Assembly (NCBI RefSeq): GCF_004765795.1
Contig: NZ_SBIV01000005.1
Location: 124,001 to 188,000, forward strand
Source: Halorussus marinus
GTDB taxonomy: Archaea; Halobacteriota; Halobacteria; Halobacteriales; Haladaptataceae
Length of the DNA: 64,000 nucleotides
Direction: 5' to 3'
The position numbers and the translations under genes were made by a program. The notes beneath the pieces are model-generated. The model was not told the DNA's origin, did no database searches, and saw only the letters and a list, made by a program, of their open reading frames with translations. Shown here piece after piece: positions 37,561-46,874 of the stretch. Position 1 is the first letter of the stretch. Every line of letters starts with the position of its first letter.

Positions 37561-38979
37561 GTGTCAAAAGATACCGTGTTTCAGGACGTAGCCGAACAGC
37601 GCGACCGGCTGACCTCGATGGCCCGCCGTATCTGGGAGACGCCCGAACTCGGGCTCCACGAGGAAGAGTCCTCGCAGGTCCTGATCGACCGCCTCGAGGA
37701 GGCGGGGTTCGACGTCGAGGTCGGCGTCGGCGGGATGCCGACCGCGTTCGTGGCGTCGTACGGCGAAGGCGACCCGACGATCGGAATTCTGGGCGAGTAC
37801 GACGCGCTTCCGGACCTCTCCCAGACCACGACCGCCGAGCGCGACCCCGTCGAGGAGGGCGGCCCGGGCCACGGCTGTGGACACAACCTCTTCGGAGTCG
37901 CGGGCGTCGGCGGCGCGATCGCGGTCAAGCGCGCCATCGAGCGCGGCGACGTCGAGGGGACGATCGAGTTCTTCGGCTGTCCGGCCGAGGAGACGCTGGT
38001 CGGGAAGGTGTTTATGGCCCGCGACGGCGCGTTCGACCACCTCGACGCCGCGATTACGTGGCACCCCGCCGACCACACCACGCCCACGCTCAAGCGGTCG
38101 CTCGCGCTCGACTCGATGCAGTTCACCTTCGAGGGCGTCTCGGCTCACGCCGCCGCCTCCCCCGAATCGGGTCGGTCGGCGCTCGACGCGGTCGAACTCC
38201 TCAACGCCGGGGTCGAGTACATGCGCGAGCACGTCCCCGAGGAGGCCCGGATCCACTACGTCATCACCGACGGCGGCGAGGCGCCGAACGTGGTGCCCGC
38301 GGAGGCGACCGTCTGGTACTACGTCCGGGCGCCCACCCGCCCCGAGGTCGAGCGCATCAGCGACTGGGTGGGCGACATCGCGGGCGCGGCCGCCGCGATG
38401 ACCCGGACCGAGGTCGACCGGCGGTACGTCACCGGCTGTTACGACTACCTCCCGAACCGGACGGTGACCGACGCGATCTGGGAGACGATGGAGGAACTCG
38501 GCGCGGTCGGCTACGACGAGGCCGACCGCTCGTTCGCCGCCGACCTCCGCGAGACGCTCGACCCCGAGCAGATCGAGGCGAGCGTCGAGGGGATGCCGAC
38601 CGACCACGCCGACGCGATGCGCGAGGCGAGCCTCTACGACGAGCCGATCCCGCCCCACGGCGAGGGCGAGGTCGGCGGCGGCTCGACCGAGGTGGGCGAC
38701 GTGAGCTGGATCGCGCCGACCGGCCAGTTCCGCGGGGCGACGTGGGCGGTCGGCACGCCCGCCCACACCTGGCAGGCGACCGCCGCCAACGGCGACTTCG
38801 GCGAGGAGGGCGCGGTGTACGCCGCGAAGGTGCTCGGCGGGACCGCGTACGCGTTGCTCGACGATCCGAGCATCGCCGAGCGCGCGAACGAGGAGTTCGA
38901 CGAGGTGACCGGCGACCGGAGCTACGAGACACCGCTCCCGTCCGACGCCGAACCGCCGTTCGACATCACCGGCGAGTGA
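37561..38979 (+). CDS. M20 amidohydrolase (AbgB-like)
   Basis: GEYDALP, GHGCGHNL, CPAEE, GSTEVGDVSW. Confidence 0.9.
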   Translation: MSKDTVFQDVAEQRDRLTSMARRIWETPELGLHEEESSQVLIDRLEEAGFDVEVGVGGMPTAFVASYGEGDPTIGILGEYDALPDLSQTTTAERDPVEEGGPGHGCGHNLFGVAGVGGAIAVKRAIERGDVEGTIEFFGCPAEETLVGKVFMARDGAFDHLDAAITWHPADHTTPTLKRSLALDSMQFTFEGVSAHAAASPESGRSALDAVELLNAGVEYMREHVPEEARIHYVITDGGEAPNVVPAEATVWYYVRAPTRPEVERISDWVGDIAGAAAAMTRTEVDRRYVTGCYDYLPNRTVTDAIWETMEELGAVGYDEADRSFAADLRETLDPEQIEASVEGMPTDHADAMREASLYDEPIPPHGEGEVGGGSTEVGDVSWIAPTGQFRGATWAVGTPAHTWQATAANGDFGEEGAVYAAKVLGGTAYALLDDPSIAERANEEFDEVTGDRSYETPLPSDAEPPFDITGE

Positions 38980-39131
38980 GCCTCGGGGGTCACCGCTCTG
39001 GCCGAAGTCGAACGCCGGTCGGCCGCGGTTCTCGGGGCTCCGGGTCGGGTCGACGCGTCGCGTTCGAGGTCGTCGCGAACTATCCAAACGCATTTGATCG
39101 GCGAGTAACTACCCTCAGAAATACACTACGG

Positions 39132-39500
39132 ATGCATTCTGTCCTGATCGCCGACGACGACGAGGAGATGCGCGAACTTCTCACCTTCAAACTGCAGAAC
39201 GGATACGACGTGACGGCCGTCTCCGACGGCGCCGAGTGCTGGAACCGGCTGGATACGGCCGCCGACGACCTCCCCGATCTGGTGGTGCTCGACGTCATGA
39301 TGCCCGGACTGAACGGGTATCGGGTCCTCGACCGGATGGACGGCGACGATCGGTTCGACGACCTCGAAGTCATCATGCTCACCTCCCGCGGGAAAGAAGA
39401 CGACATCGTCCGCGCGCTCGAAGCCGGCGCGACCGACTACATGACGAAACCGTTCTCGGCGAACGAACTCCTCGCGCGAATAAAGAGAGTACTCGAATGA
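39132..39500 (+). CDS. stand-alone response regulator receiver
   Basis: IADDD, LDVMMP phospho-Asp, MLTS, YMTKPF. Confidence 0.9.
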   Translation: MHSVLIADDDEEMRELLTFKLQNGYDVTAVSDGAECWNRLDTAADDLPDLVVLDVMMPGLNGYRVLDRMDGDDRFDDLEVIMLTSRGKEDDIVRALEAGATDYMTKPFSANELLARIKRVLE

Positions 39501-40588
39501 ACGGTACCTCGGCCGTCTCCGTCGAGACGCTCTCTCTGATCGGCGCCGTCGTGACCAGCCTCCTCGCCGTCGTCGGCCTGATCACGATCGGTCGATCCGT
39601 CCTGACCGCTCGACGCGACCGACGAACCGCGCAAGCGCGCGGGCAGATTCGTCGGGCGTTCCTCGAACGGATGGAGGCGACCGACCCGGCGTGGGACGAC
39701 TGGGTGACAGAGCTGAACGAGACCGAACGACGCGTCGCACAGGATCTCTTACGGGAGTACCTCGAACGGGTACGCGGGCGCGATCGGCAGTCGCTTCAGC
39801 GCCTCGGCTACGCGCTCGGCCTCGATCGGCGGGCCCGGCGCAAACTCCGCGAGGGAGACCGGTTCGAACGGCGGTGGGCGCTCAACTGGATCGCCCGCCT
39901 CGACGTCGATGTCCCGACGGCGTCGCTCGAGCGGACGTGTGAGAAGCATCCGGACGCGAGCGCCCCGGTGGCCCGGGTGCTCTACGAACAGGACCGCCCG
40001 GAGGCGGCGCGCATCGGGACAGAGCTGTTGCTACGCGGGTCCCGGCCGCTGTCAGTGCTCGGCGTGGACTCGCTCTACCAGCTCAACAAGCTCTCGCCCG
40101 CGCCGCTGTTCGAACGCGCGACGAGCTCGTACGACGAGTGGTCCGAGTCGCGACTCATCCAGGTACTCAGGGTGATCGGCGAAGCGGGCCCGGCGAACCC
40201 CGACACGTCGCTGGGGTGGATCGGCTTTCTGTTCGTGAGCAGTTCACCGGCCGTCAGAGCGGCGGCGGCCGAGTCGCTCGTCGGATACGGCTGGCACGAG
40301 GACGTTCGGGCCGCGGTCGACGTCGAGCGGATCCGAACCGACGAGTCGCCGCGGGTCCGAGGGGCGATCTACCGGATGCTCGGCACCTGGCAGGACGAGG
40401 CGTCGACGGCGGCGCTCCTCGCGGCCGTCGGCACCGAGACGGACCCGCGGTCGGCGATCGACGCGATTTCGGCGCTGGGCGAGCGTGCGAGAGACCTCGA
40501 CGAGACCGAACTGAGCGCCGCCAGCGCCGCCGCCAGAGAGTGGGTGCTGGCGTCGACCGAACCGACAAAGACCGAGGCGGTGCGATGA
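39497..40588 (+). CDS. membrane-anchored HEAT-repeat protein
   Basis: N-terminal TM, helical repeats SPAVRAAAAESL and SPRVRGAIYRML; ATGA overlaps on both sides. Confidence 0.8.
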   Translation: MNGTSAVSVETLSLIGAVVTSLLAVVGLITIGRSVLTARRDRRTAQARGQIRRAFLERMEATDPAWDDWVTELNETERRVAQDLLREYLERVRGRDRQSLQRLGYALGLDRRARRKLREGDRFERRWALNWIARLDVDVPTASLERTCEKHPDASAPVARVLYEQDRPEAARIGTELLLRGSRPLSVLGVDSLYQLNKLSPAPLFERATSSYDEWSESRLIQVLRVIGEAGPANPDTSLGWIGFLFVSSSPAVRAAAAESLVGYGWHEDVRAAVDVERIRTDESPRVRGAIYRMLGTWQDEASTAALLAAVGTETDPRSAIDAISALGERARDLDETELSAASAAAREWVLASTEPTKTEAVR

Positions 40589-41994
40589 CGTCCGTCGGCG
40601 ACGCGCTACTCCTGATCGGGTGGGTGGTTCTGGGGTACTACCTGGTGGTCAACGGCGTCTATCTGATCGTGCATATCGCGGCGCTGTACGGCGTCCGGAC
40701 CGACCTAAAAAAGCGTGCCGCGGGGACGATGTACCAGCGGTTCGCCTCGCCTTTCTTCCCCGGCGTGACCGTCGTCGTTCCGGCGTACAACGAGGAGGCA
40801 GTCATCGTCGAGAACGTCCAGTCGCTGTTGAACCTCAACTACCCGGAGCTCGAGATCGTGGTCGTCAACGACGGCTCGGACGACGCGACGCTCTCGGAGC
40901 TCCGTTCGGCGTTCGACCTCCGGCGGATCGACGCCCCGGTCCCGTTCGACGTCCCCAGCGAGCCGATCGAAGCGGTGTATCGGTCCGACGACGCCCCCAC
41001 CCTCCGGGTCGTCGATAAGGTAAACGGCGGTCGGGCCGACGCGGTGAACGCGGGAATCTGGCTCGCCGACCAGCCGCTTTTCTGTACGATCGACGCCGAC
41101 TCGATCATCGACAGGGACGGGCTCTTGCAGGCGGTCGAACCGTTCTTGGATCGCCCGGAGGAGACCGTCGCGACCGGCGGGACGATCCGCGTCGCGAACG
41201 GCTGTTCGATCGATAACGGGACGATCGAATCGGTCGACCTCCCGGAAAGCAGGCTGGCGGGCCTTCAGACGATGGAGTACCTGCGGGCGTTTTACTCCGG
41301 GCGACTGGGACTCGATCGGCTGAACGCCCTGATGTTGATTTCGGGCGCGTTCGGCGTGTTCCGGACCGACCTCGTCCGCGAGGTCGGCGGGTACGAGACC
41401 GCGAGCGTGACCGAGGACTTCGAGCTGACCCTGCGTCTGCACCGGTACCTCCGGGAGCGAGACCGGGAGTACAACGTCGAGTTCGTGCCCGAGCCGGTCG
41501 TCTGGACCGAAGTCCCAGAGTCGCGGGCCGCGTTCAGCCGACAGCGACGCCGGTGGTATCGAGGACTCCTCGACACGATGGCTCGCCACCGGCGGATGAT
41601 CGGTCGTCGACGGTACGGCTCGCCCGGCGTGTTCGGCTACCCCGCCTTCCTGCTCGCGGAGGTCTTCGGACCGCTGGTCGAGGGGTTCGGGTACGTGATC
41701 GTGCCCCTGGCGTTCGCGGTCGGGGCCGCGGACGCGTCGTTCATGCTCCTGTACTTCGGGCTCACGGTCGGGGTGGGCGTGCTCCTGTCGTGGTTCGGAA
41801 TCCTCAGCGAAGTCTGGAGCTTCAGGCGGTACGACCGACCGATGCAGGTCCTCCGTCTGCTTGGCCACGGCGTTCTGGAGAACTTCGGGTTCAGACAGTG
41901 GAAGACCCTGATCGCGTGGCGGGGGCTCTACGAGTATCTCCGCGGCGAGACGTCGTGGGGTGAGATGCGCCGCTCCGGGTTCGACGCCGACTGA
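40585..41994 (+). CDS. processive GT2 glycosyltransferase (PgaC/IcaA-like)
   Basis: PAYNEE, NDGSDD, DADS, TED, QRRRW; N- and C-terminal TMs. Confidence 0.92.
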   Translation: MTSVGDALLLIGWVVLGYYLVVNGVYLIVHIAALYGVRTDLKKRAAGTMYQRFASPFFPGVTVVVPAYNEEAVIVENVQSLLNLNYPELEIVVVNDGSDDATLSELRSAFDLRRIDAPVPFDVPSEPIEAVYRSDDAPTLRVVDKVNGGRADAVNAGIWLADQPLFCTIDADSIIDRDGLLQAVEPFLDRPEETVATGGTIRVANGCSIDNGTIESVDLPESRLAGLQTMEYLRAFYSGRLGLDRLNALMLISGAFGVFRTDLVREVGGYETASVTEDFELTLRLHRYLRERDREYNVEFVPEPVVWTEVPESRAAFSRQRRRWYRGLLDTMARHRRMIGRRRYGSPGVFGYPAFLLAEVFGPLVEGFGYVIVPLAFAVGAADASFMLLYFGLTVGVGVLLSWFGILSEVWSFRRYDRPMQVLRLLGHGVLENFGFRQWKTLIAWRGLYEYLRGETSWGEMRRSGFDAD

Positions 41995-42094
41995 GCCGAT
42001 TCATCCGGGACGACGACAACCGAAATTCAGCCGTCTTGTCACCGAACAGAACTAAGACAAACGATTGATAACACTCGGCTCTTTACTCGGGGTA

Positions 42095-45000
42095 ATGGCT
42101 CGTACAGATGTCGGGATCCCTGACTCCATTCACGTTCTGTACGTGAACGACGACGAGGGGTTCGCGGAGTTGACCGAGACGAAACTCCTGAGTCTCTCGT
42201 CGTCCTTCGAAGTCACGACCGTCGACACCGCGGCCGCGGCCATCGACCGGGTCGACTCGGCCGCAGTCGACTGCGTGGTGACCTCCTACTCGCTGGCGGA
42301 CGGGACAGGGATCGACCTCCTCGAACGACTGGGAGCCGACGGCTACGAGCTTCCGACGATCCTGTTTACCGGTCGTGGAAGCGAGCGGATCGCGGGCGAG
42401 GCGACACAGGCGGGCGTCTCCGATTACATCCCGATCCGGTCCGACCACGACAGCTTCGAGTTGCTCGCGCGCCGCGTCCGGACGCTCGTCGAGGCCGCCC
42501 GGAAGGAAGCGGTCGCCGAACGGATCTCCGACCGCTTCGAGCGGACGCTCGAACGCGCGACCGACGCGATCTACGCCGTCGACGACGAGTGGCGCATCGA
42601 GTACATGAACGAGAAGATGGCCGACCGCGTCGACTGCGACCCGGACGCCGTCGTCGGGACGACGCTCTGGGAGTCGTTCCCGTCGATCGTGGGCACGGAG
42701 CTCGAACGCCGATACCGAACCGCGATGCAGACCGGCGAATCCCGGACGTTCGAACACCGGATCGGAGCCCCGTTCGACTACTGGGTCGAGATACGGGTGT
42801 TTCCCGACGACGACGGCCTGACCGTCTTCTCCCGGGAGATAACGGCCGAGCGCGAGCGAGAACTCGATCTGGAGCGGAGCGAGACGATCCTCCGGAACAT
42901 CCACGACGCCGTGCTCGTCCTCGACGACGAGGGGGTCGTGCAGTTCACGAACGCGGCCGCCGAACGGCTTGTCACCGGCGAGCAGTCGACCCAACTCGAG
43001 GGCCGAGCGCTCGAGGTGGTCGTCGGCGACCGGCTGGCTGAGTCGGACGCCGAGCGGTTCTCGGCCGCCGTCGAGTCGACGCTGAACGAGATCGAGAGCG
43101 ACGGCGGGGTCACCGGCCTGTACGATTCGGACCTCAAACTCGACCTCGAAGTCGGCGGCCGCGACCGCTCGTTCGACGTCCGCTTTACGCCGTTCCGGAG
43201 CCGAGAGACCAAACGCGTGCTCGTCGTCGCCCGAGACGTCACCGAACAGCGCGAGGCCAACCGACGGTTAGAGCGCGAACGCGACTCGCTCAGGGAACTC
43301 CAGTCGGTCATGGCCGAGAGCGACGTCGCCGCCGAGACCCGCCTCCGCAGGCTGTTGGAAGTCGGCTGTCGGACCCTCGATCTCGAAATCGGGATAGTCT
43401 CGCACGTCCGGGGCGACGACTACGCGGTCAGGGCGGTTCACGCGCCCGACGCCGAGATCGAGGCCGGGGATCGGTTCGACCTCGAATCGACGTACTGCGA
43501 GGAGGTCGTCGGGACCGACGCGGTCTGTTCGTTCGCCGACGCGGTCGCAGACGGAAAGGAGACCCATCCCGCCTATCGCGAGTTCGAACTGGCGTCGTAC
43601 ATCGGCGCGCCCCTCGTCGTCGACGGCGAGCGCTACGGGACGGTCAACTTCTCGAGTCCGACCGTGCGGGACGCCGAGTTCGGGCGGCTCGAACGGACGT
43701 TCGTCGAACTGCTGTCCGAACTCGTCAGCGCGGAGATCTCGCGAGGGCGGGACCGCACCGAACTCGAACGCCAGGAGTTCCTGTTCGAACGCGTCCAGGA
43801 CATCGCGGACATCGGCGTCTGGGAGTACTTCCCGTCGACGGGCGACGTCCGGTGGTCGGCGGGCGTCCGAGAGATCCACGGCGTCGACCCCGAGTACGAG
43901 CCCACGCTGGACGACGCCATCGAGTTCTACCACCCCGCCGACAGGGAGACGATATCGGCGGCGGTCGACCGGGCGATCGAGGAGGGCGAGTCGTACGATC
44001 TCGACCTCCGGGTGGTCCGGACCGACGGCGAGGTGCGCGACGTCCGCGCGTGGGGCGAGTGTGTCGATGCCACCGCACGCGGCGACGTCGTGCTTCGCGG
44101 AGTGTTTCAAGACATCACCGAGCGAAAGGCCCGCAAGCGCGGCCATCAGGAACTCGCCGAGGAGTACGAGGCGCTGCTCGACACCTCCGGGGACGCGATC
44201 TTCCTGCTCGACGTCGACGAGACCGAGGGGGACCCGTCCTTTGAGTTCGCTCGGCTCAGTCCGGGCTACGAGACCCAGACCGGGCTCACGACCGAGCAGG
44301 TCCGGGGCCAGTCGCCCCGAGAGGTGTTCGGCGACGAACGGGGCGCCGAGCTCGCGTCGAACTACACCGCGTGTGTCGAACAGGGCGGCCCGATCTCGTA
44401 TCGCGAAGAGCTCGACATCGACGACGACGCGCGGTTCTGGGACACCAGCCTCGCGCCGGTCGTCGTCGACGGCGAGATCGTCCGTATCGTCGGCATCGCT
44501 CGGAACGTGACCGAACAGGTCGAGCGAGAGCGCGACCTCGAGACGACCAACGAGCGACTGGAGTCGCTCATCGAGGCGACGCCGCTGACCGTGATGGAGA
44601 TCGACACCGACGGAACCGTCGTCCGGTGGAACGACGAGGCCGAACAGATGTTCGGCTGGTCGCGCGAGGAGGTGCTCGGCGAACTCAATCCGATCGTCCC
44701 GGACGAGCGCCAAGCGGAGTTCGCGTCCCACCGACAGCGCGCCCTGAACGGCGAGCGAATTCGGGGCAAAGAGATACGACGGGAGACCAAAGACGGCGAG
44801 GAGCTTAATCTACTCCTGTCGGTCGCCCCGATCACCGACCCGGACGGCGAGATTTCGAGCATCCTCGCGGTCCTCGAAGACATCACCGAACAGAAGCAAC
44901 TAGAAGCGAAGCTCCGCTCGCTTCAGGAGACCGCCCAGCGGCTCAGCGGCGCCCAGTCGAGCGACGAGATCGGCGCCATCGCCATCGACGCCGCCGTCGA

Positions 45001-46000
45001 GATTCTCGGATTCGACCTCACCGCGATCTGGGAGTCGGCCGACCAGTCGGACGCGCTCGTCCCGCTGGCGGCCAGCGACGCCACGGAAGACGCGATCGAC
45101 GAGTTGCCGCGATTGGAGGCCGGCGAGAGCCTCGCGTGGGACGCGTTCGAGCAGTCCGATCTCCGGGTGTACGACGACCTGCAGGCCGAGCCCGCCCTCG
45201 ATGAGTCCGCTTCGGATCTCGTGAGCGGCCTGTTCGTTCCCCTCGGCGAGTTCGGGCTCCTCGGGGTCGGGACGCCGGAGAAAGACGCGTTCTCCGAGAC
45301 CGACGCCGATCTCTTCCGGATACTGGGCGCGACCGTCGAGGCGGCGTTCGCGCGGGCGAGCCGGGAGGTCCAACTCCAGCGCCAGAACGAACGGCTCGAC
45401 GAGTTCGCGAGCGTCGTGGCCCACGACCTCCGAAACCCCCTCTCGGTCGCCAAGGGCTTTCTCGACGTGGTCGGCGAGACGGGCGAGCTGGAGCATCTCG
45501 ATCGGATCGAATCGGCACACGACCGCATGGAGCGGCTCATCGAGGACCTCCTCACGCTGGCTCGCGGCGAGTCGACGGTCACGGACCCCGAGCGCGTCGA
45601 CCTCCGGAGCGTGACGACCGAGGCGTGGGGGTACGTCGACACCGACGAAGCGACGCTCACGGTCGCAGATGGCGTTCCCACGGTGGTCGGGGACGGCAGT
45701 CGGCTGACACAGCTGTTCGAGAACCTCTTCAGAAACGCGGTCGAACACGGCGGGGCGGCCGTCACGATCACCGTGGGCCCGCTCGACGCGGCGGAGGGGT
45801 TCTACGTCGAGGACGACGGCGAGGGGATCGCGCCAGAGAAACGCGACGAGATATTCGACTACGGCGTCACGTCCACCGAGGGCGGGACCGGCTTCGGGCT
45901 CTCGATCGTCGCCGACATCGCGGCGGCCCACGGCTGGACGGTGTCGGTGACAGACGGCTCGGACGGCGGCGCCCGCTTCGAGTTCGTCGCGGCCGAGTGA
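42095..46000 (+). CDS. soluble hybrid histidine kinase: REC-like, 5 PAS, 2 GAF, HisKA, HATPase
   Basis: AHDLRNPL H-box, FENLFRNAVEHG, EDDGEGI, GGTGFGL; PAS/PAC ends REIT, RDVT, QDIT, RNVT, EDIT. Confidence 0.92.
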   Translation: MARTDVGIPDSIHVLYVNDDEGFAELTETKLLSLSSSFEVTTVDTAAAAIDRVDSAAVDCVVTSYSLADGTGIDLLERLGADGYELPTILFTGRGSERIAGEATQAGVSDYIPIRSDHDSFELLARRVRTLVEAARKEAVAERISDRFERTLERATDAIYAVDDEWRIEYMNEKMADRVDCDPDAVVGTTLWESFPSIVGTELERRYRTAMQTGESRTFEHRIGAPFDYWVEIRVFPDDDGLTVFSREITAERERELDLERSETILRNIHDAVLVLDDEGVVQFTNAAAERLVTGEQSTQLEGRALEVVVGDRLAESDAERFSAAVESTLNEIESDGGVTGLYDSDLKLDLEVGGRDRSFDVRFTPFRSRETKRVLVVARDVTEQREANRRLERERDSLRELQSVMAESDVAAETRLRRLLEVGCRTLDLEIGIVSHVRGDDYAVRAVHAPDAEIEAGDRFDLESTYCEEVVGTDAVCSFADAVADGKETHPAYREFELASYIGAPLVVDGERYGTVNFSSPTVRDAEFGRLERTFVELLSELVSAEISRGRDRTELERQEFLFERVQDIADIGVWEYFPSTGDVRWSAGVREIHGVDPEYEPTLDDAIEFYHPADRETISAAVDRAIEEGESYDLDLRVVRTDGEVRDVRAWGECVDATARGDVVLRGVFQDITERKARKRGHQELAEEYEALLDTSGDAIFLLDVDETEGDPSFEFARLSPGYETQTGLTTEQVRGQSPREVFGDERGAELASNYTACVEQGGPISYREELDIDDDARFWDTSLAPVVVDGEIVRIVGIARNVTEQVERERDLETTNERLESLIEATPLTVMEIDTDGTVVRWNDEAEQMFGWSREEVLGELNPIVPDERQAEFASHRQRALNGERIRGKEIRRETKDGEELNLLLSVAPITDPDGEISSILAVLEDITEQKQLEAKLRSLQETAQRLSGAQSSDEIGAIAIDAAVEILGFDLTAIWESADQSDALVPLAASDATEDAIDELPRLEAGESLAWDAFEQSDLRVYDDLQAEPALDESASDLVSGLFVPLGEFGLLGVGTPEKDAFSETDADLFRILGATVEAAFARASREVQLQRQNERLDEFASVVAHDLRNPLSVAKGFLDVVGETGELEHLDRIESAHDRMERLIEDLLTLARGESTVTDPERVDLRSVTTEAWGYVDTDEATLTVADGVPTVVGDGSRLTQLFENLFRNAVEHGGAAVTITVGPLDAAEGFYVEDDGEGIAPEKRDEIFDYGVTSTEGGTGFGLSIVADIAAAHGWTVSVTDGSDGGARFEFVAAE

Positions 46001-46019
46001 CCCGTCGGCTCGCCGGCGC

Positions 46020-46790
46020 TCACGCCCCCGCCGCCGACGTGTCGGGGCGGGGCGTCTCGGTCGTGGCGTTCGCGAACCACGGGACGACGACCTCGGCCAG
46101 CCGTCGATGGGCCGCCTCGTACGAGAGCGGGGCGGACGCGTCGCCGCGCTGGCCCCGATAGGCGCCGAACTGCGTGTGGTTGATCCCCGGAACCTCCCGG
46201 ACGGTCGCGTCGGGCGGCAGGCGGCTCCGGGCCGCGCGGTACGCGTCGCGGTCGAGGACGGCGTCGGCGCTCCCGGTCACGCTGAGGACCGCCAGCCCGC
46301 GGTCGCTCACGTCGCCGTCGCAGTACGAGGCGAACAGGACGAGCCCCCGGACGTCGTGGGACGCGGCGTACCGACACGCCGCGACGCCGCCAAGCGAGTG
46401 CCCGCCGACGACCCACGTCCGAACGTCCGGGTTCCGGGCCCGGATCTCGCCCGCGGCGTCGGCGTCGAGGAGCGCGACGTTGAGCGGCATCTTCGGGACG
46501 AACACCACGGCCCCGGTCCGGGCCACCAGCGGCGCGAGCGTCTCGAAGTAGGCGTCGGGCGCGACCCGGGCGCCGGGGTAGAAGACGACGCCGACGCTCG
46601 CGTTTCGGTCGGCCGGGGCCAACACCGCCACGTCGCCGTCGGTCGAGACCGACACCCGCGGGTCGTCCTCGACCGACTGGATCGAGGCGGGCGTCGCGTG
46701 GAACGGCGTCGAGAGGTAGGCGACCGCGCCGACGGCGCCGACGAGTACCACCGCCAGCACCACGACGACCGCCAGTTTCAGTCGGCGCAT
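46020..46790 (-). CDS. secreted/anchored alpha/beta hydrolase
   Basis: FYPGA, GGHSLGG nucleophile, NHTQFG.Y. Confidence 0.88.
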   Translation of the reverse strand: MRRLKLAVVVVLAVVLVGAVGAVAYLSTPFHATPASIQSVEDDPRVSVSTDGDVAVLAPADRNASVGVVFYPGARVAPDAYFETLAPLVARTGAVVFVPKMPLNVALLDADAAGEIRARNPDVRTWVVGGHSLGGVAACRYAASHDVRGLVLFASYCDGDVSDRGLAVLSVTGSADAVLDRDAYRAARSRLPPDATVREVPGINHTQFGAYRGQRGDASAPLSYEAAHRRLAEVVVPWFANATTETPRPDTSAAGA

Positions 46791-46874
46791 ACAGACGCTG
46801 GGCGGGGCTCGCTCAAAGCGCTGTCCGTTCGCCCTCGGGAAACGTTTTTGTCCCGGCCTCGCTTCCTTCCGGTG

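Noticed and set aside
36117..39500. 1127-aa ORF
   Set aside because: Shadow frame over the amidase and amidohydrolase; only the last 122 codons (receiver) are real.
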